From Haliotis rufescens (lineage: Eukaryota): DNA of 64,000 bases. Positions 26,845 through 39,962 of the stretch are shown here, one piece after another. The notes beneath the pieces are model-generated. The model was not told the origin of the DNA and did no database searches. It saw only the letters and a program-made list of their open reading frames with translations. Numbering within the stretch: the first letter of the stretch is position 1; each line of letters starts with the position of its first letter. A program made the translations under genes and the position numbers. Location of the stretch: NCBI RefSeq assembly GCF_023055435.1, contig NW_025964223.1, positions 39,928,001 through 39,992,000 on the forward strand, in the 5' to 3' direction.

Positions 26845-29800
26845 TCAGGACTTCACATCAAATGGGACAAGCTTGGCTGTGACAAGGGCAAGTGAAGAAA
26901 CATATCCCGCCGTCATGTTGTTAGAGAAGTGGACCTGTACCTGGTTAGCCCCGGTGACAAATAGGGAGGTAGGGACATCAAACTCCCAAACTTCCCAATA
27001 GGTTGGACTGTCAAACTTGTCAGAATCATACAGCTTATAGAAAGAGTCAAGGCGGTGGAGATTGAAGGTAATATATGAAACACTGTTTGTTACATTGATC
27101 GGCCAACTGGTTGAAACTCTCAGTCTTGCACTGTGATACTGGCCATCTGGTAGAGATATAACTGTCTTGATATTGCCCTTGATTGGTATTAGTGAATCAG
27201 CTCCGTAATATGTGGTTTCGTTGAGAGTGACCGAAGGCAGTGTGTTTGAAGGGGTCTTGAATGTGAAATGACATGTTGCCTCAGGGGGAAGTACAACCAT
27301 TCCTTGGGTCTTGCTCATGTCGAAGGGTTCTTTGAAGGTGATGACTGGGTACCAATCGTCTTTGATGGTGATGCAGGTAGCTTCTCCAGTGGTTGGTTTG
27401 ATCCAGCCGTCTTGAAAAACTAACTTAACATTCTGTGACTTCTGAGAATAGCTGTGTAAGAGAATGACGGTTTCATTATACAAGGAACTGGACATTGCTA
27501 ATGGCGAAACCGTTCGTTCCTCTCCATCATACTGACTCGTGGTTCTGATGAAGGCGTACTCTGACGTGAAATTGTACCAAAACTTGTAGACATCGGCGAT
27601 ATGTGTGGCGTTTCCTTGAAGAGTGAAAAGTGACCAGTTGAGACTGTCATGTCCTGGGTATTTTTCATTAGCTAAGAGAAAGACAACTGTCCTGTCAATG
27701 TATTCTCTGAGACCAAGTTGAGTGAATCTGTGGGCATTGGAGTGGTATATTGTTGCAAAGTCGACAATGCCCGATGGAGCTGTTGAGCTAATTCCTGTCA
27801 CTCCACCGCGACCATATTCACTGATAATAATGGGGGTAATTTTTCCTGTCTTCAGATAGGCATAGTTTTCAACAAGGTCGACAAATGCTACCAGTCGCGC
27901 TTCATTCATACCAGCAAATCGGTGAGATTTTCCTGAAACAATAAGTGAGTTGTACGAATGAAAGGAAAACACATCTAAATATTCTAAAGTTGTGTCCATG
28001 AACTGTGCCACTTGGCTCCAAAACGAAAAGTCGTTTCTGTCCGCCGCTCCAGAATACCCTGTGAGTGTAGGGCCAGCCACGTTGATATTAAATCTGGCAT
28101 GTAGTTTCTCCGCTACTAATTTATGGAAGATGGAGACAGTCGTAAAGTTCATTATCTTCCATTGAGCATCCGGTTCATTGATGGTCTCGAAGTATGGAGG
28201 AATCTGACCTTTGGTAAAATCATAGATTCCTTGCACCATCAACATCACGAACTCAGCAGCGGCATCTATGTTGTTGGGGAATTGACCTTCATGTTGGGAC
28301 TGGTTCATCCAATTCGGCCAACTATGAGCTGAAACAAATCGCATTGGAAAACAAATGAGGAATGACAGCAACAATATGTTGTAAGAGCTATGAGAATATG
28401 CAGTGAGATTTGAATTAAAATGTTTATGTAAAGACAGGTGGCTTATCATTTGAAATATCATGATCAAGCTCATGGTCACGTCAAAATTTCTTGTTACTCA
28501 TATTTGTAAGTTATTATGAGAATTAGGTGAGGTGAATTGGGGTTTAACGTCGCGTTTAAGATTATTGTACGTGCATGCACGTGTGTTTAAATGTGTGTGT
28601 GGCTACCGATTTTATATGATAGGCCACTGAGATAAAATGCCGCAGTTTAACATGTATAATAATACTGAGACACAGTATACTGGACCGACCAGTCCTTGTG
28701 TTAGCCCTTAATGCCGTGCAACAGACCCTGTAACAACAACTACCATATTTGTACGTCTGTTGGCATGATGTGGCCGGGGACGAAGCCCCGACCTTCCGCT
28801 CTCTGGGCAGACGCTTTACCATGGAGGCGGTCTTCGAGCATTAGAAGTGAAAACACTTTTTGTTTTACTATCCTAAAGACTTCTCAAAGATAAAATACAA
28901 TTACCAAATAAAATAGTACAAAGGCAATCATTCTTCACGTCATATATTCCGTATCCACGTTGATATTGTTAATGATGTGTGTTCACCTAATGTAGTAATT
29001 ATAAATTATAACGTATTTGAATGTCTCATGTGTATTTAGAATATTCACAACCATATCAACGATTTAAGACACGCCATTTGTTTGTGTCCTACATTCAGAT
29101 TTCATTATGCATTTCTGACAACCAAAACATATAACATAAAGCCTCCGTCTTTCCGATAAATCATGAAAAATTGAATGCGTGGACACTTATTCTGGTGGCA
29201 TATGGACATTTTTTATATGGACAAGATACAAACGTATACAGAAGCCGAACCCCCTTGTCCGGTATTAGACTATGTCGAAACCCCGACTGTTTCACACTCT
29301 TACTGTATGTTCCACTATTTATACCCGGGTGTGTCGGATGTGTCCAATTCCCTTTTGTCTCGAGCTCAATTGATTTGAAACACAGAAATTTGAATTTGTA
29401 TGAAGTACAATGGCCAAAACATGATATGGCGTGAGATATCGAAGAAGGAAACCGTTGACTGGTCTGAGTAAAAATGTAGATATGACAAATGCTTCTGTTA
29501 GTTTGTGTATACAAATGGGTGAACATGAATACTAGTATATTAAAGAATAAAGTGTTGTCTTATTTATGAATTACCATTCTGTAAGAGAATGTATCCAATT
29601 GTGAACATTCATACCTGACAACATCATGACCATGTCATTCTCATAGCCACTGTTAATGTTTGCAAGGTATACCGAGAACAGTTCCTCCTGTTTGGTAACG
29701 TTCTTCAAGTAGTTGGGGTCAGGGTAGCCGCTACGGTTTGGGTCCTCTGGCCACTGCAAGTGATATGGTAAGAATAAAAGAAATAACCAATTTCCCCTTT

Positions 29801-30332
29801 TCCATGAAATAACCCAACTGAAAAATGTTGAACTGGAATTTCTGTACTCATATCTATTAATATATTATATTTGATTTGTATTGTCCCTGCACAATCCTTG
29901 TGAAAATTTATTTAAAAGCTGTTTTAAATAATAGGGTGAGTTTCTTTTGAAGAACGAAAACATCGACGAAATGAAATCAGTGGATATTAATATGACGCAG
30001 TATAAGGTTGTCTGTCATGCAGTTACAACAATAAGCGCTAACTAAAACATAAGTTTCTCTTCCTCGTATTTGTATTCGTATCCCAGTCTCACATCTTGGA
30101 AGAGACGATCATTTAGATCTCTGTTTATCCAGCGCCCACTGTCAGTCCGAATGCTCCGACAACTTGGAATAAGGGACTCTTTATCCAGGCCATTGTGCTT
30201 GTTCCACCTGTCACTCTCATAGCGCACACTACGTCCCTGTGCCAGCCACTGAGGGTAGACCGTCACCGTCGTGTCACTGTATACACCCCCTATTGTCACG
30301 CACAAGGTGAGAAAGACCAGTGTCCATTTCAT
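26845..30332 (-). CDS. Secreted GH86-like enzyme, copy 4 (intact, 620 aa). Exons 30093-30332, 29615-29753, 26845-28328
   Basis: Canonical GT-AG sites and exons 240+139+1484 nt in frame. Exon 3 is almost identical to that of copy 3; AATAAA on the minus strand at 26779-26784. Confidence 0.88.
28525..28830 (-). mobile_element. SINE family C (intron 2 of copy 4)
   Basis: Homologous to 4244-4590 over head, body and CACCTCACCT tail. Confidence 0.75.
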
Positions 30333-30697
30333 TTTCTGTAAAATGAATGAATTAATGAATAGGTTATGGGGGTACCGCTTATCTCAGATATTCATCCAGT
30401 TGCACAAACGTACGAGCAGCTTCATACATAAAACAAGTATATGAAAGTATTGTAGTTTGGGGTCTTTCTAGACATGCCACCCACTCAATTAAATTTCACT
30501 CATTTTGTCATAGCAGTTAAACCATTAAAGCTGTATGTTCCGGGATAGGACTCATCCCCAGCATTCTACATATGTATGCTTATCGTTCGAGGTGACTTAA
30601 TGGATCCGGAGAAGCTCGGTGATTTGGTTGATGGCGTGGGTCGCTGCTTTGGTCAAGACTCGATTATTGAAAGCCTGCCGACATATACCTGGGATAT

Positions 30698-30740
30698 TAC
30701 AAACAAACAAACAAACAAACAAACAAACAAACAAACAAAC
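30698..30740. repeat. (AAAC)n microsatellite, probably the expanded tail of a decayed family D element
   Basis: About 10 AAAC units preceded by AGACTCGATTATT...GCCGACATATACCTGGGATATT. Confidence 0.8.
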
Positions 30741-31465
30741 ACTATTCCTTGACATTAATCCTTGACAATCTGACATGCATCTTTCACACACGAGGCAACA
30801 CTGTTTATACTCACACAAAGGACTACTCAGATTCACTTAGGCATCAGATATAATCCACCTACTTCTTTCAAGGCTTGGCCCACACTCTCATCAACAGCTG
30901 TTCACCGTCATTTTATCATAATTTCTTATCTTTATGTTGTTCGACATTTAATATATCAGAATATTATCAAGGGCGTTATGATCACGTGATTCATAACCAG
31001 TATAATGTTGGGGGCAGTTTGTACCAGAAACCATGACCTAGCTCTTAACCTTCCAACTTCCCTTCTGTACTGTTTCCGAAGAGTGTGTTACATGTTACAG
31101 ACAAACAGAATAAGTATTATAAAAAAATTCATTTAATTTCTTTCCAATATATTAAATTACCTCTTCTGTCCTTAGTCCTGAATTTCACAGATAGTCTTGA
31201 GAAGAACATTACGTGTACAAATCTGAAAAATATATGCATTGCTGTTTTTGCCATACATTTCTTCACTTCCACACAGAAACCAGAACATTAACTTTCTTTG
31301 CCTTCAAGGCGAGTGCGAGTATACTGTACATATGGTTGTGGAGACATGCTCGTGCCATGTGTTGTGTGTTCATCAGTGTCTAATATGTTCTGTAAACCTG
31401 GGGAATGGTCTGTTCATTTAGCCGACACGATTGGATTTTCACAAAACAAATTCAAACAGAAGATG

Positions 31466-31742
31466 AGTGAGTGAGTTGGGTTTAACGCCGCTTTTAACAG
31501 TATTCCAGTTATATCACGGCGTGTCAGCTTAATGTGGGAGGAAAGCCCGAAGTTATGCAGGTCTCAGACGTTTACAACTTCGGTGAAACCCACGAGCACG
31601 GGTATGGTGCTGACAAACCTAGAAACATAATCGGGGCGAACCGGGATTCGAACCCACAATAATAGGTTTCTGGCGTGCCTAAGGGACGCAACTCTGCACA
31701 GCTAATGGCGGCGCCTTAGACGACTGGGCCACCCGTGCCCAC
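31466..31742 (-). mobile_element. Full-length SINE, family A
   Basis: Reverse complement of the family A consensus, flanked by direct repeat CAAACAGAAGATGA. Confidence 0.92.
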
Positions 31743-32238
31743 CAAACAGAAGATGAATTTGTATATCAGGAAGAGCTTCGGTTGAGTTTAACTAACCATA
31801 CCACTTTTTATTCACAGACAAAAAAATTTGTATATTATCAAGGACTCGTAATTTGTTTTAACTCAATCATTGGGTAGGCATTAAGAAGATAAACATGATC
31901 TGTTTTCAGATTTACCGGAGCCGTTGAGTATTAGTGCCTGAAATTTATTTAGAACCGATGGCGGATTGCGAACAAAATACGTCAATGCATGTATCCATAC
32001 CCTGTGAAATTTGAAATATTTCAGGAAACAAATCTCTGTGGTGGCCCAGTCGTGTAATGCGCCGCGATTCTCTCTATCGAGGTTAATAGAACTACACCTA
32101 TCAGGTCTAATGACTTTTGAAGAATACAACAGCAATTATAAAAAACACACTTGGTTTGGAAGCAAACGTAATTTATTCGAACATAAGTTATTCTTGTTTT
32201 ATTCACATAAATAATGTTCTGTTTCAGAATTATGATAA

Positions 32239-35200
32239 TTATTTTATGTCTGAGGGCACAAGTTTGGCTGTGATAAGGGCAACTGAAGAAATGTATCCCT
32301 CTGCCTCGATGTTGGAGAAGTAAACTCGGACCAGGTTATATGTTGTGGCTAACAAATAGGTAGGAACAACAACCTCCCAAACGTCCCAGTAAGTGTCGAC
32401 GCCAAACTTGTCAGAATCATACAGCTTATAGCTGGCATGAAGAGGTGTGAGGTTAAAGGTGACCGATGAGAGGTTGTTTGTTACATTGGCAGGCCGACTG
32501 CTCGAAATTCGCAATCTTGCAATGTGGAATTCTTCATTTGGGAGAGATATTGTGGTCTCGGTAATGTTCTCCTTGATTTGTATAAACATATCAGCTCCGT
32601 AGTATGTGGTTTCGTTGATAGTCATTGAAGGTAATTTTTCTGATGGGGTCTTGAATTTAAACTGACATGTTGCTTCAGGAGGCAGTTCAACCATTCCTTG
32701 GGTCTTCTGGCTGTCGAAGGGTTCGTTGAAGGTGATGACTGGGTACCAGTCGTCCTTGATGGTGATGCAGGTAGCTTCTCCAGTAGTTGGTTTGATCAAG
32801 TCGTCTTGAAAAACTAACTTAACATTCTGTGACTTCTGAGAATAGCTGTGGAGGAGAATGGCCGTTTCGTTATGCAGGGGACTGGACATTGCTAAGGGAG
32901 ACACTGTTCGTTCCTCACCATTATATTGACTGGTAGTTCTGACGAAATAGTAGTCTGATGTGAAATTTTACCAAAAATCAAAGACGTCGACAATACGTGT
33001 AGCGTTTCCTTTAAGAGTGAAAAGTGACCAGTTGAGACTATCATGTCCTGGATATTTCTCATTGGCTAAAAGAAACACCACTGTTCTGTCAATGTATTCC
33101 CTGAGACTTAGTTGGGTAAATCGGTGGGCATTTGAATGGTATATTGTTGCAAAATCTACTATACCTGATGGAGCAAATTTGTCAATTCCTATCACAATAT
33201 CGCGACCATATTCACTGACAACAAGTGGGATAATCTTCCCTGTTTTCAGATAGGAATAATTTTCAACTAGATCAACAAATGCTGCCAAACGTGATTCATT
33301 CATACCAGTCAGGTTGTGCGATTTCCCATACACAACAAGTGAGTTGTATGAATGGAACGAAAACGCGTCCAATGAGTCCAGAGTGATGTCCATGAAATGT
33401 GCCACTTTTTTCCAGTACAAAAAATTGTCTTTGTCTGCAAACTCGGTATATCCGTCGAGTGTAGGGCCAGCCACTTTGATGTTAAACATTGCATGGAGTT
33501 TCTCTGCTACTAATTTGTGGAAGATGGCAACAGTTGTGAAATTCAAGATGTCACTCTGAGAGTCTGGTTCATTTATGGGCTCGAAGTAGGATGGTATCTC
33601 TCCTTTGGTGTAGTCATAAACTCCTTGCACCATCAACATCATGAATTCAGCAGCGGCATCGACGTTGTTGGGGAACTGTCCTGCATGTTCGGACTTGTTT
33701 ATCCAACTCGGGTAAGAAACACCTGTAAACGGCATGAGAGGAAGGCAATTACAATAATGAATTTGTTGGTAAAATGAGTTCAAAAGAAAAAGGTTTAACA
33801 CTTTCAACTACGTCTCATTTGAAACAGGATTAATGTTGCAATAGAGAATTAAATAAAAATCGTCAAGATCATAGTCACCCCATATCCTCCTTTTTCGCGT
33901 TCATTAGGACGCCTTGCAAAAGAATCAGAAACATTTCCTTTTTATTGTGCCACCTGTTTGATAATGTGAATGAGTATCAAATTATCTCACATTTGTTTAA
34001 GAATACTGTTACTTTATTGCAGAAGTGACAAGCTAGATCTCCCGCAGAAATCCTTGGCCACAAATAATGAAATTGAAGCATCGATTCGACTTCCAAAATG
34101 CTTGTGGTCGTGAGTGAGGAATAAAAGTGAGAATGCTCAGAAAAATGAGAGAGATACTACATAGTTTCATTTTGAGAGAGAGAGTGAGTTGGGGTTTAAA
34201 GCCGAAGTGATGCAGACCTAAGATTGTTATTACTACTTTAGTGAAACCCACGAGCACGGGTGAGGTGCTGACGAACCTAGAAACATAATCTGGGCGAATC
34301 GAGATTCAAACCAACAATTATAGGTTTTTGGCATGCCTAAGAAACACAGCTCTGGACATCGAATTGCGGCGCCTTAGACCCTTGCCCCCCAGTTTAATTT
34401 TAAAAAGGATTCTATAACCAAACAATTTCTTCCTCTTTCGAATGGTGAATACTGAAACATGTAACTGTCCTCTAAATGATTAACTCTTCTCATCGCTGAA
34501 GAAGAGATTGTCATTGATCATAACAGCAAGTATGTCAGCTCTGTTACATTCTTTATAAACGTGACTGATTAGATTGTGCATATGAGAATGTTTACATGGC
34601 AGCATTTACTGGGAAAAGCGAAGATATGGTCTACCAAAAGCAGCCAGAATAGATTACAGAATTAGTTTTGCTTTTGGTTTTCCTGTTGTCAGTACGCGTT
34701 ACTCAATATGGAAGTGAGTTCAAGGCACTGAGCGGACTTTCATTTCTCGATCACTAGACAATTTCAGTTACGTTAAAAGTATTGTGTAGACAACTGTATG
34801 GCCAGTGACGGTAAACCGTTTGATGCATACACATCATGTAGGCCCTATTTTGTCAGTTGACATTGCTCAAATAATTTTGAAAGACATTTGGCAATGTTAG
34901 CCTGTAAACCATACCAGTAGACATCATGATCATGTCGTTCTCGTAACCACTGTTAATGTTAGCAAGGTACTGGGAGAACAGTTCCTGCTGCTTGGTGCCG
35001 TTCTTCAAGTAGTTGGGATCAGGGTAGCCACTATGGTTTGGGTCCTCTGGCCACTGCAATCGATATCGGTTAGTTCGACAATAGTTCGACAATGCATAAC
35101 ACAAACATTTACTTTAAAAAAGGTTGTAACAATACTGCCCGAAGAACTGATAAACTTGCTCACTGAAACTTAAATTTCTGTTTAGCATGTGAAAACGGTC

Positions 35201-35773
35201 CTTGGCAGATACTAGCAAGTTGAAATAAACTATGTACAATGGTTTTGGTCATATACAACAATCGCTCATTTCTACAAACATTTCCCAAATGTGATCATTG
35301 TTATGTAATTTAGTCAGATAAGTAGCCAGATAAAGTAACACGTCTGAAGTTGAAAAGAAAAGAGGAAGTGAAACAGCAATAAAGTAGTTTTTGAACTCGT
35401 CTTAAATGTATATATTTCCCATTACATAATGGTTTTATTCTCGATATTCTTCTGTTCAACGTCAAATCTGTTTGAGAAGAAAACTATTGACAATTTCCAT
35501 TTGCTATAATTTTTAGGCATAAGCCGATCTCACATCTTGAAAGAGACCACCGTTAAGATCTCTGTTTATCCAGCGCCCGCTGTCGGTTCGAAGGCTCCGA
35601 CAGTTGGGAATGAGAGATTCTTGATCAAGACCGTTGTGCTTGTTCCACCGATTACTGTGCTAGTGAACGCTGTGTCCCTGTGTCAGCCACTCCGGGTAGA
35701 TCGTCACGGTTGTGTTGCTGTATACACCGCCTGTTGTTAGACTCAACGGGAAAAATATCAGTGTCCACTTCTT
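32239..35773 (-). pseudogene. GH86-like copy 5, recent pseudogene. Exons 35534-35773, 34915-35053, 32239-33722
   Basis: Exon sizes and splice sites are intact. The start codon is mutated (AAG AAG TGG versus ATG AAA TGG), with in-frame TAG at 35660-35662 and TAA at 32968-32970, both at Tyr positions. Confidence 0.88.
34180..34390 (-). mobile_element. SINE family A, internally deleted (intron 2 of copy 5)
   Basis: GTGAAACCCACGAGCACGGG...AACCTAGAAACATAATC...GCGGCGCCTTAGAC matches the family A reverse complement. Confidence 0.75.
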
Positions 35774-36150
35774 GCTCTGAAAAAATCACAATTTAATGAT
35801 TTGATTGTAAATATGACATTGCCTGGGCTATCTACTTATTTGTAAGCTCTATTTCTTTATGCACTTTGCCACGCCAGTTCCCCCGCACCCCGACAGTTAT
35901 TGCTGAGTGGATATCTCCTATCTTCATGAAGTTGTTCACATAAACGTGCAGCTACGAAATTAAAACATGAAAGCAGACTACACTGACACCATTGACGTAG
36001 ATTTAGTCTCAATAATTAATCAAGGTAAGGAAAATGCCGTTTCAAAAGAACCACTTTGTAGATAAATCGTAATATTTGAAAGGCACAAGGAGAAACCTGT
36101 CATTAAGTCCCCTAGAACATCAGCAGTTACAAATAAGCCGATCATGATAA

Positions 36151-36590
36151 TATACTCTTCCAAAAAAGTTACTCGAAAATAACTTAAAAGTTCCAAAATG
36201 TAAAGGATATTAGTTTCTGGTAATAGTTGTATGATTGTTATAAACGAATCAACACATTACAAATGGTTGTGAAGTATGACAGTAAATGGCCTGACCGCCA
36301 ACGATCTTGAAGGACGATGAGGGTAAGATTGGACTTTTCAAAGTTGACGTTTTTGGATCGGTAGTGCGTAATACCAACAAGATTTGTCAAACAGTCATTC
36401 TCTCGACGAGGTATACTGCGTATTAGTCTCCCAATGTCGATTTGAAGGAGTCTGTCCCACTCCTCTTGCAGCGCCTGGCCTAGTTCAGCCAACGTGGTCG
36501 TCGGCCTATGACGTTGATGCACATGTCTCTCTATCATGTCCCAGACGTCCTCGATGGGGGCAAGGTCTGGGCTCATTGCTGACAAAGACA
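36151..36590 (-). mobile_element. Tc1/mariner transposase 3' fragment with one probable TIR
   Basis: Translation AMSPDLAPIEDVWDMIER...EEWDRL...LIRSIPRR...GITHY; TATACTCTTCCAAAAAAGTT at 36151 resembles a Tc1 terminus. Confidence 0.8.
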
Positions 36591-37814
36591 TTCTATGGAT
36601 GTGCTGTTCCGATAGTTCTGTCCAGTGACCCTTCCTAGGACAATATGGAGTTGGGTTCGTTATGCGAACCTAAAATGTAACCGATCCACCGCCAGGAATA
36701 ATGTCTAACACATTAATTAATCAATCTTCCCTGGAAATGTGAAAATAAGGAATGACACCAAACGCACGTGTGAGGCACGTGCAAACTATAGGATGTGTTT
36801 TGGTGTTAAGTTTTCCAGACATAAACGTTCTTGCACAGGATGACTGTCGTCAACAGTTATCTTTGATCTTATACTTGGCATTAACGTGTAAAGTTCATGA
36901 TACTTTACCTTTCTTAAGAGTGCATATTGGTGGACGGTTGCAGGCTGTATATATAGAAACCCACATGTATAGAAAACAGCTGTCCTGGTAGACCAACCAC
37001 TAATCTCTTATTCTATGATACCAAGTGCTTGCCGATTGTCTTTCACTCACTTTGCCCACAGAAGCTCGATTCATTGATATACATGTACGTCCTTGACAAC
37101 CACCGTCATACAGCTGGAATACTGCTGAGCGCGGCGTTAAACATCAACAATGTCCTTGGCAATCTGACATATATAGAGAAGGTAATAACATGCGTGTTTC
37201 ACGTAAAAAGATTACCCGAATTCACCTTGGTCTCAATGCACTTACTTTGTACAAGGCTGGGCTAACTATCTGTGTCGCCAAAATATGACTTTTCATAATT
37301 ATTCCTTATCGTTATGGTGACATCAGCGGTTTCCCAATGGTGTCATGATCACATGACTCCAAGCCTGTCTATTTTCTAGGTCAGTTATTGACCGTTAGCC
37401 TTACCTCATCTGTAACCTTAAAACTATTTGTCTGTACTGAAGTTACAGTTTAAAGATAGGGAGAGTGAAGTATTGTTTTCTTTTATCAAATGATTATACG
37501 TTTGTAATTATAAATAATATACACTAAGAAAAACAGATAAGGACGCACGCTGTCACATGTAGCACCTCCTTGCTTAGAGATAGTACTCAACGTACACAAA
37601 TTACTGCAGATTCAAAATCGAAACATTTGGAATATATTTGAAAACATTTTAGAAAGTCAGGGGCTGTCCATCTGACGCCAAACCCTCCATGTTAGAACTG
37701 TAGTCGAACTCCTTGTTTCTGGCAGGTGCACACCTTCATAGTGTTTCATGTGCAACATTATACCACTATTTCGGGAGGTCACACCCATGCTCTTCCATGA
37801 AAACAATAAGAAGT

Positions 37815-37982
37815 GTTTGTTTGTTGTTTAATGCCGCACTCAGCGATATTCCAGCTATATGACGGCGGTCTGAAAATAATCGACTGACATCATGAGCATC
37901 GATCATCGATCCACGCACATGCATCAACCAAGTCAGCGAGTCTGACCACTCGATCCCTTTAGTCGCCTCTTACGACAAGCAT
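37815..37982 (-). mobile_element. SINE-like family D, partial
   Basis: GTTTGTTTGTTGTTTAATGCCGCACTCAGC...AGTCGCCTCTTACGACAAGC. Confidence 0.75.
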
Positions 37983-38648
37983 AAAAATATGTTGTGAGTG
38001 AGTGAGATTCTGATCATGCTTTTGAATTCAATACCAAGGGCAGAAAAGACGTAAACATGACTACTAAAATCTTGTGCATTTCCGTTTTCTTAATCTTTAG
38101 TTTGTGCCAAAATTATATTTTACTCATGTAAGTGTCGGATTTTATTTGATGAAAAGAAAATGAGGTTTCATACCTTAAATAAGCTGATTCGTCCAGTGGA
38201 TACACGTGATAATGATAACGATTAAATTATTTTAAGCCCATCAGTAAAACCAAACATGTCATACTAGAATCGAAATAACATATGTCTATTCATCAAAAGT
38301 TGTGTATTTCATGACTAGGAGGCACGAATTGTTATAAAGCTAGATTTTTTTAATTGGCGAAAATCAACTTCACTCAGATCGTGAATGTGCGATCAGTGAC
38401 TTACAGCAAATAGCGGCGGCATGAGGGACAGAAGGAAAAGAATCAAGTCCCCATATAATCACTCCACAAGAAGCTCAACGAAAATATTACATTTGCCTTT
38501 CCTAATATGTTCAAATTGCTTGAGATATTTGACTTTCTGAAGTCAGGTTTTCCTCCTGGTGGTGAAAAGCGTCACCCACAGCTGATGGTTCAAAGCCTTT
38601 TGAATACGAAGGATCTTTCATGAGTTCAAAGTCACAGTCATTGATTGA

Positions 38649-38660
38649 GTGTGTGTGTGT

Positions 38661-38722
<62 letters not shown>
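38649..38722. repeat. (GT)n(GA)n microsatellite
   Basis: Seen directly in the sequence. Confidence 0.95.
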
Positions 38723-39619
38723 TATCAACATTACTTAAGGATGTTGATAAAATGAACAAACTTTAAAATTATGTACCCATATTTTAATAATGATGACTCC
38801 CTGAATAGAATCGGACCTTCGGAAATGTCGGATAAGTCCATTTTACGAACATATAGGTTAAGTGTGGTATATTCCAGATATTTCAAGATATTCTATGTGT
38901 ACCTTATCTTCTAATACCGATTGTCATACTTCTCCAACTTTTCGATGCGATCGTTCGGTCACTGAGTTTATCTGTGTAGCCCAGCTACATCTATGGGGAT
39001 TAACTTACTAGACACTTTTACTCTCAAAAACAACGTCGTTCGATATATGACGTCATCAAGTTGTGAGGGAATATTCGAATCTCCAGAAATGACGTCACGA
39101 TAGAACAATGTTTTATCGTGAAATAAACCACGCTTCTTTCTTCATTGTTCACTGCGATGTATATAGCTACATAAATATATATTAATTTGAACTTAAAGTG
39201 AAATGCTATCATTATTCAGAAACTTCTGACATAAATGACAAAACCATCACTGGCTGTAAGGTTAGGTGAAATGGGATTTAACGTTCATCCACTGGGGAAT
39301 CAAAATTAAGTATTAAGTATATAGAACGATTTACCAGACCTATTTCAAATAAATAACAATAATTTGAAACCATTGAGTGTATTTACAGTTCTCTAGCTGA
39401 TATATTTTCATCATAAATTGATTTACCACTTCGTTAATCTAGGGAGTTTTTATCTAGCTATGATAATTGCAAGCATCATCACGTCATCATTATCAATGTG
39501 CTAGGAGAAAATAGGTGCAAAATTAAAGTTTCATGTAGACATGTTCTACTTTAGAACTAACTATAGCCGTATATGTTACGAAGGCATCATGTGTTCATCA
39601 TCTGTCATGTGAGACGTAT

Positions 39620-39777
39620 TCATCTTAAACTGCGGCATGGTATCTCAGTGTGCTAGAACTATAAATCGGCATCAGTCCAAGTACAAGCAGCCACACACAC
39701 ACTTGCATGCACGTCGCTATATAAGTGCAATAATCTTGGACGCGACGTTAAACCCAATTTCACCTCACCTCACCTAA
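39620..39777 (+). mobile_element. SINE family C, 3' portion
   Basis: TTAAACTGCGGCATGGTATCTCAG...CGACGTTAAACCCAATTTCACCTCACCTCACC. Confidence 0.7.
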
Positions 39778-39962
39778 AAGATAGGTATCTGCACTGAAAA
39801 AAAATAATGGTCGTCACACAAGAGGTTAATAGGTCACAAGTTTAAATACTGTTTCCTTGCCTGAACACACCTGCAACTGTGTACTTTAGAAACAAAACAA
39901 AAATACAAAAGACTTCATCACACATTATATTTAATCAATCAAAATTATGTGTCTTTGTGTTA

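Noticed and set aside
26845-28479. N-terminal extensions of the long ORFs in the ORF track (also 7445-7478, 33723-33807, 41456-41531)
   Set aside because: They are intron 2 read-through upstream of the conserved acceptor and are not conserved between paralogues.
32239-33807. Stop-codon readthrough or a split two-gene arrangement in copy 5
   Set aside because: The copy also lacks its ATG and has a stop in exon 1, so simple pseudogenisation is more parsimonious.
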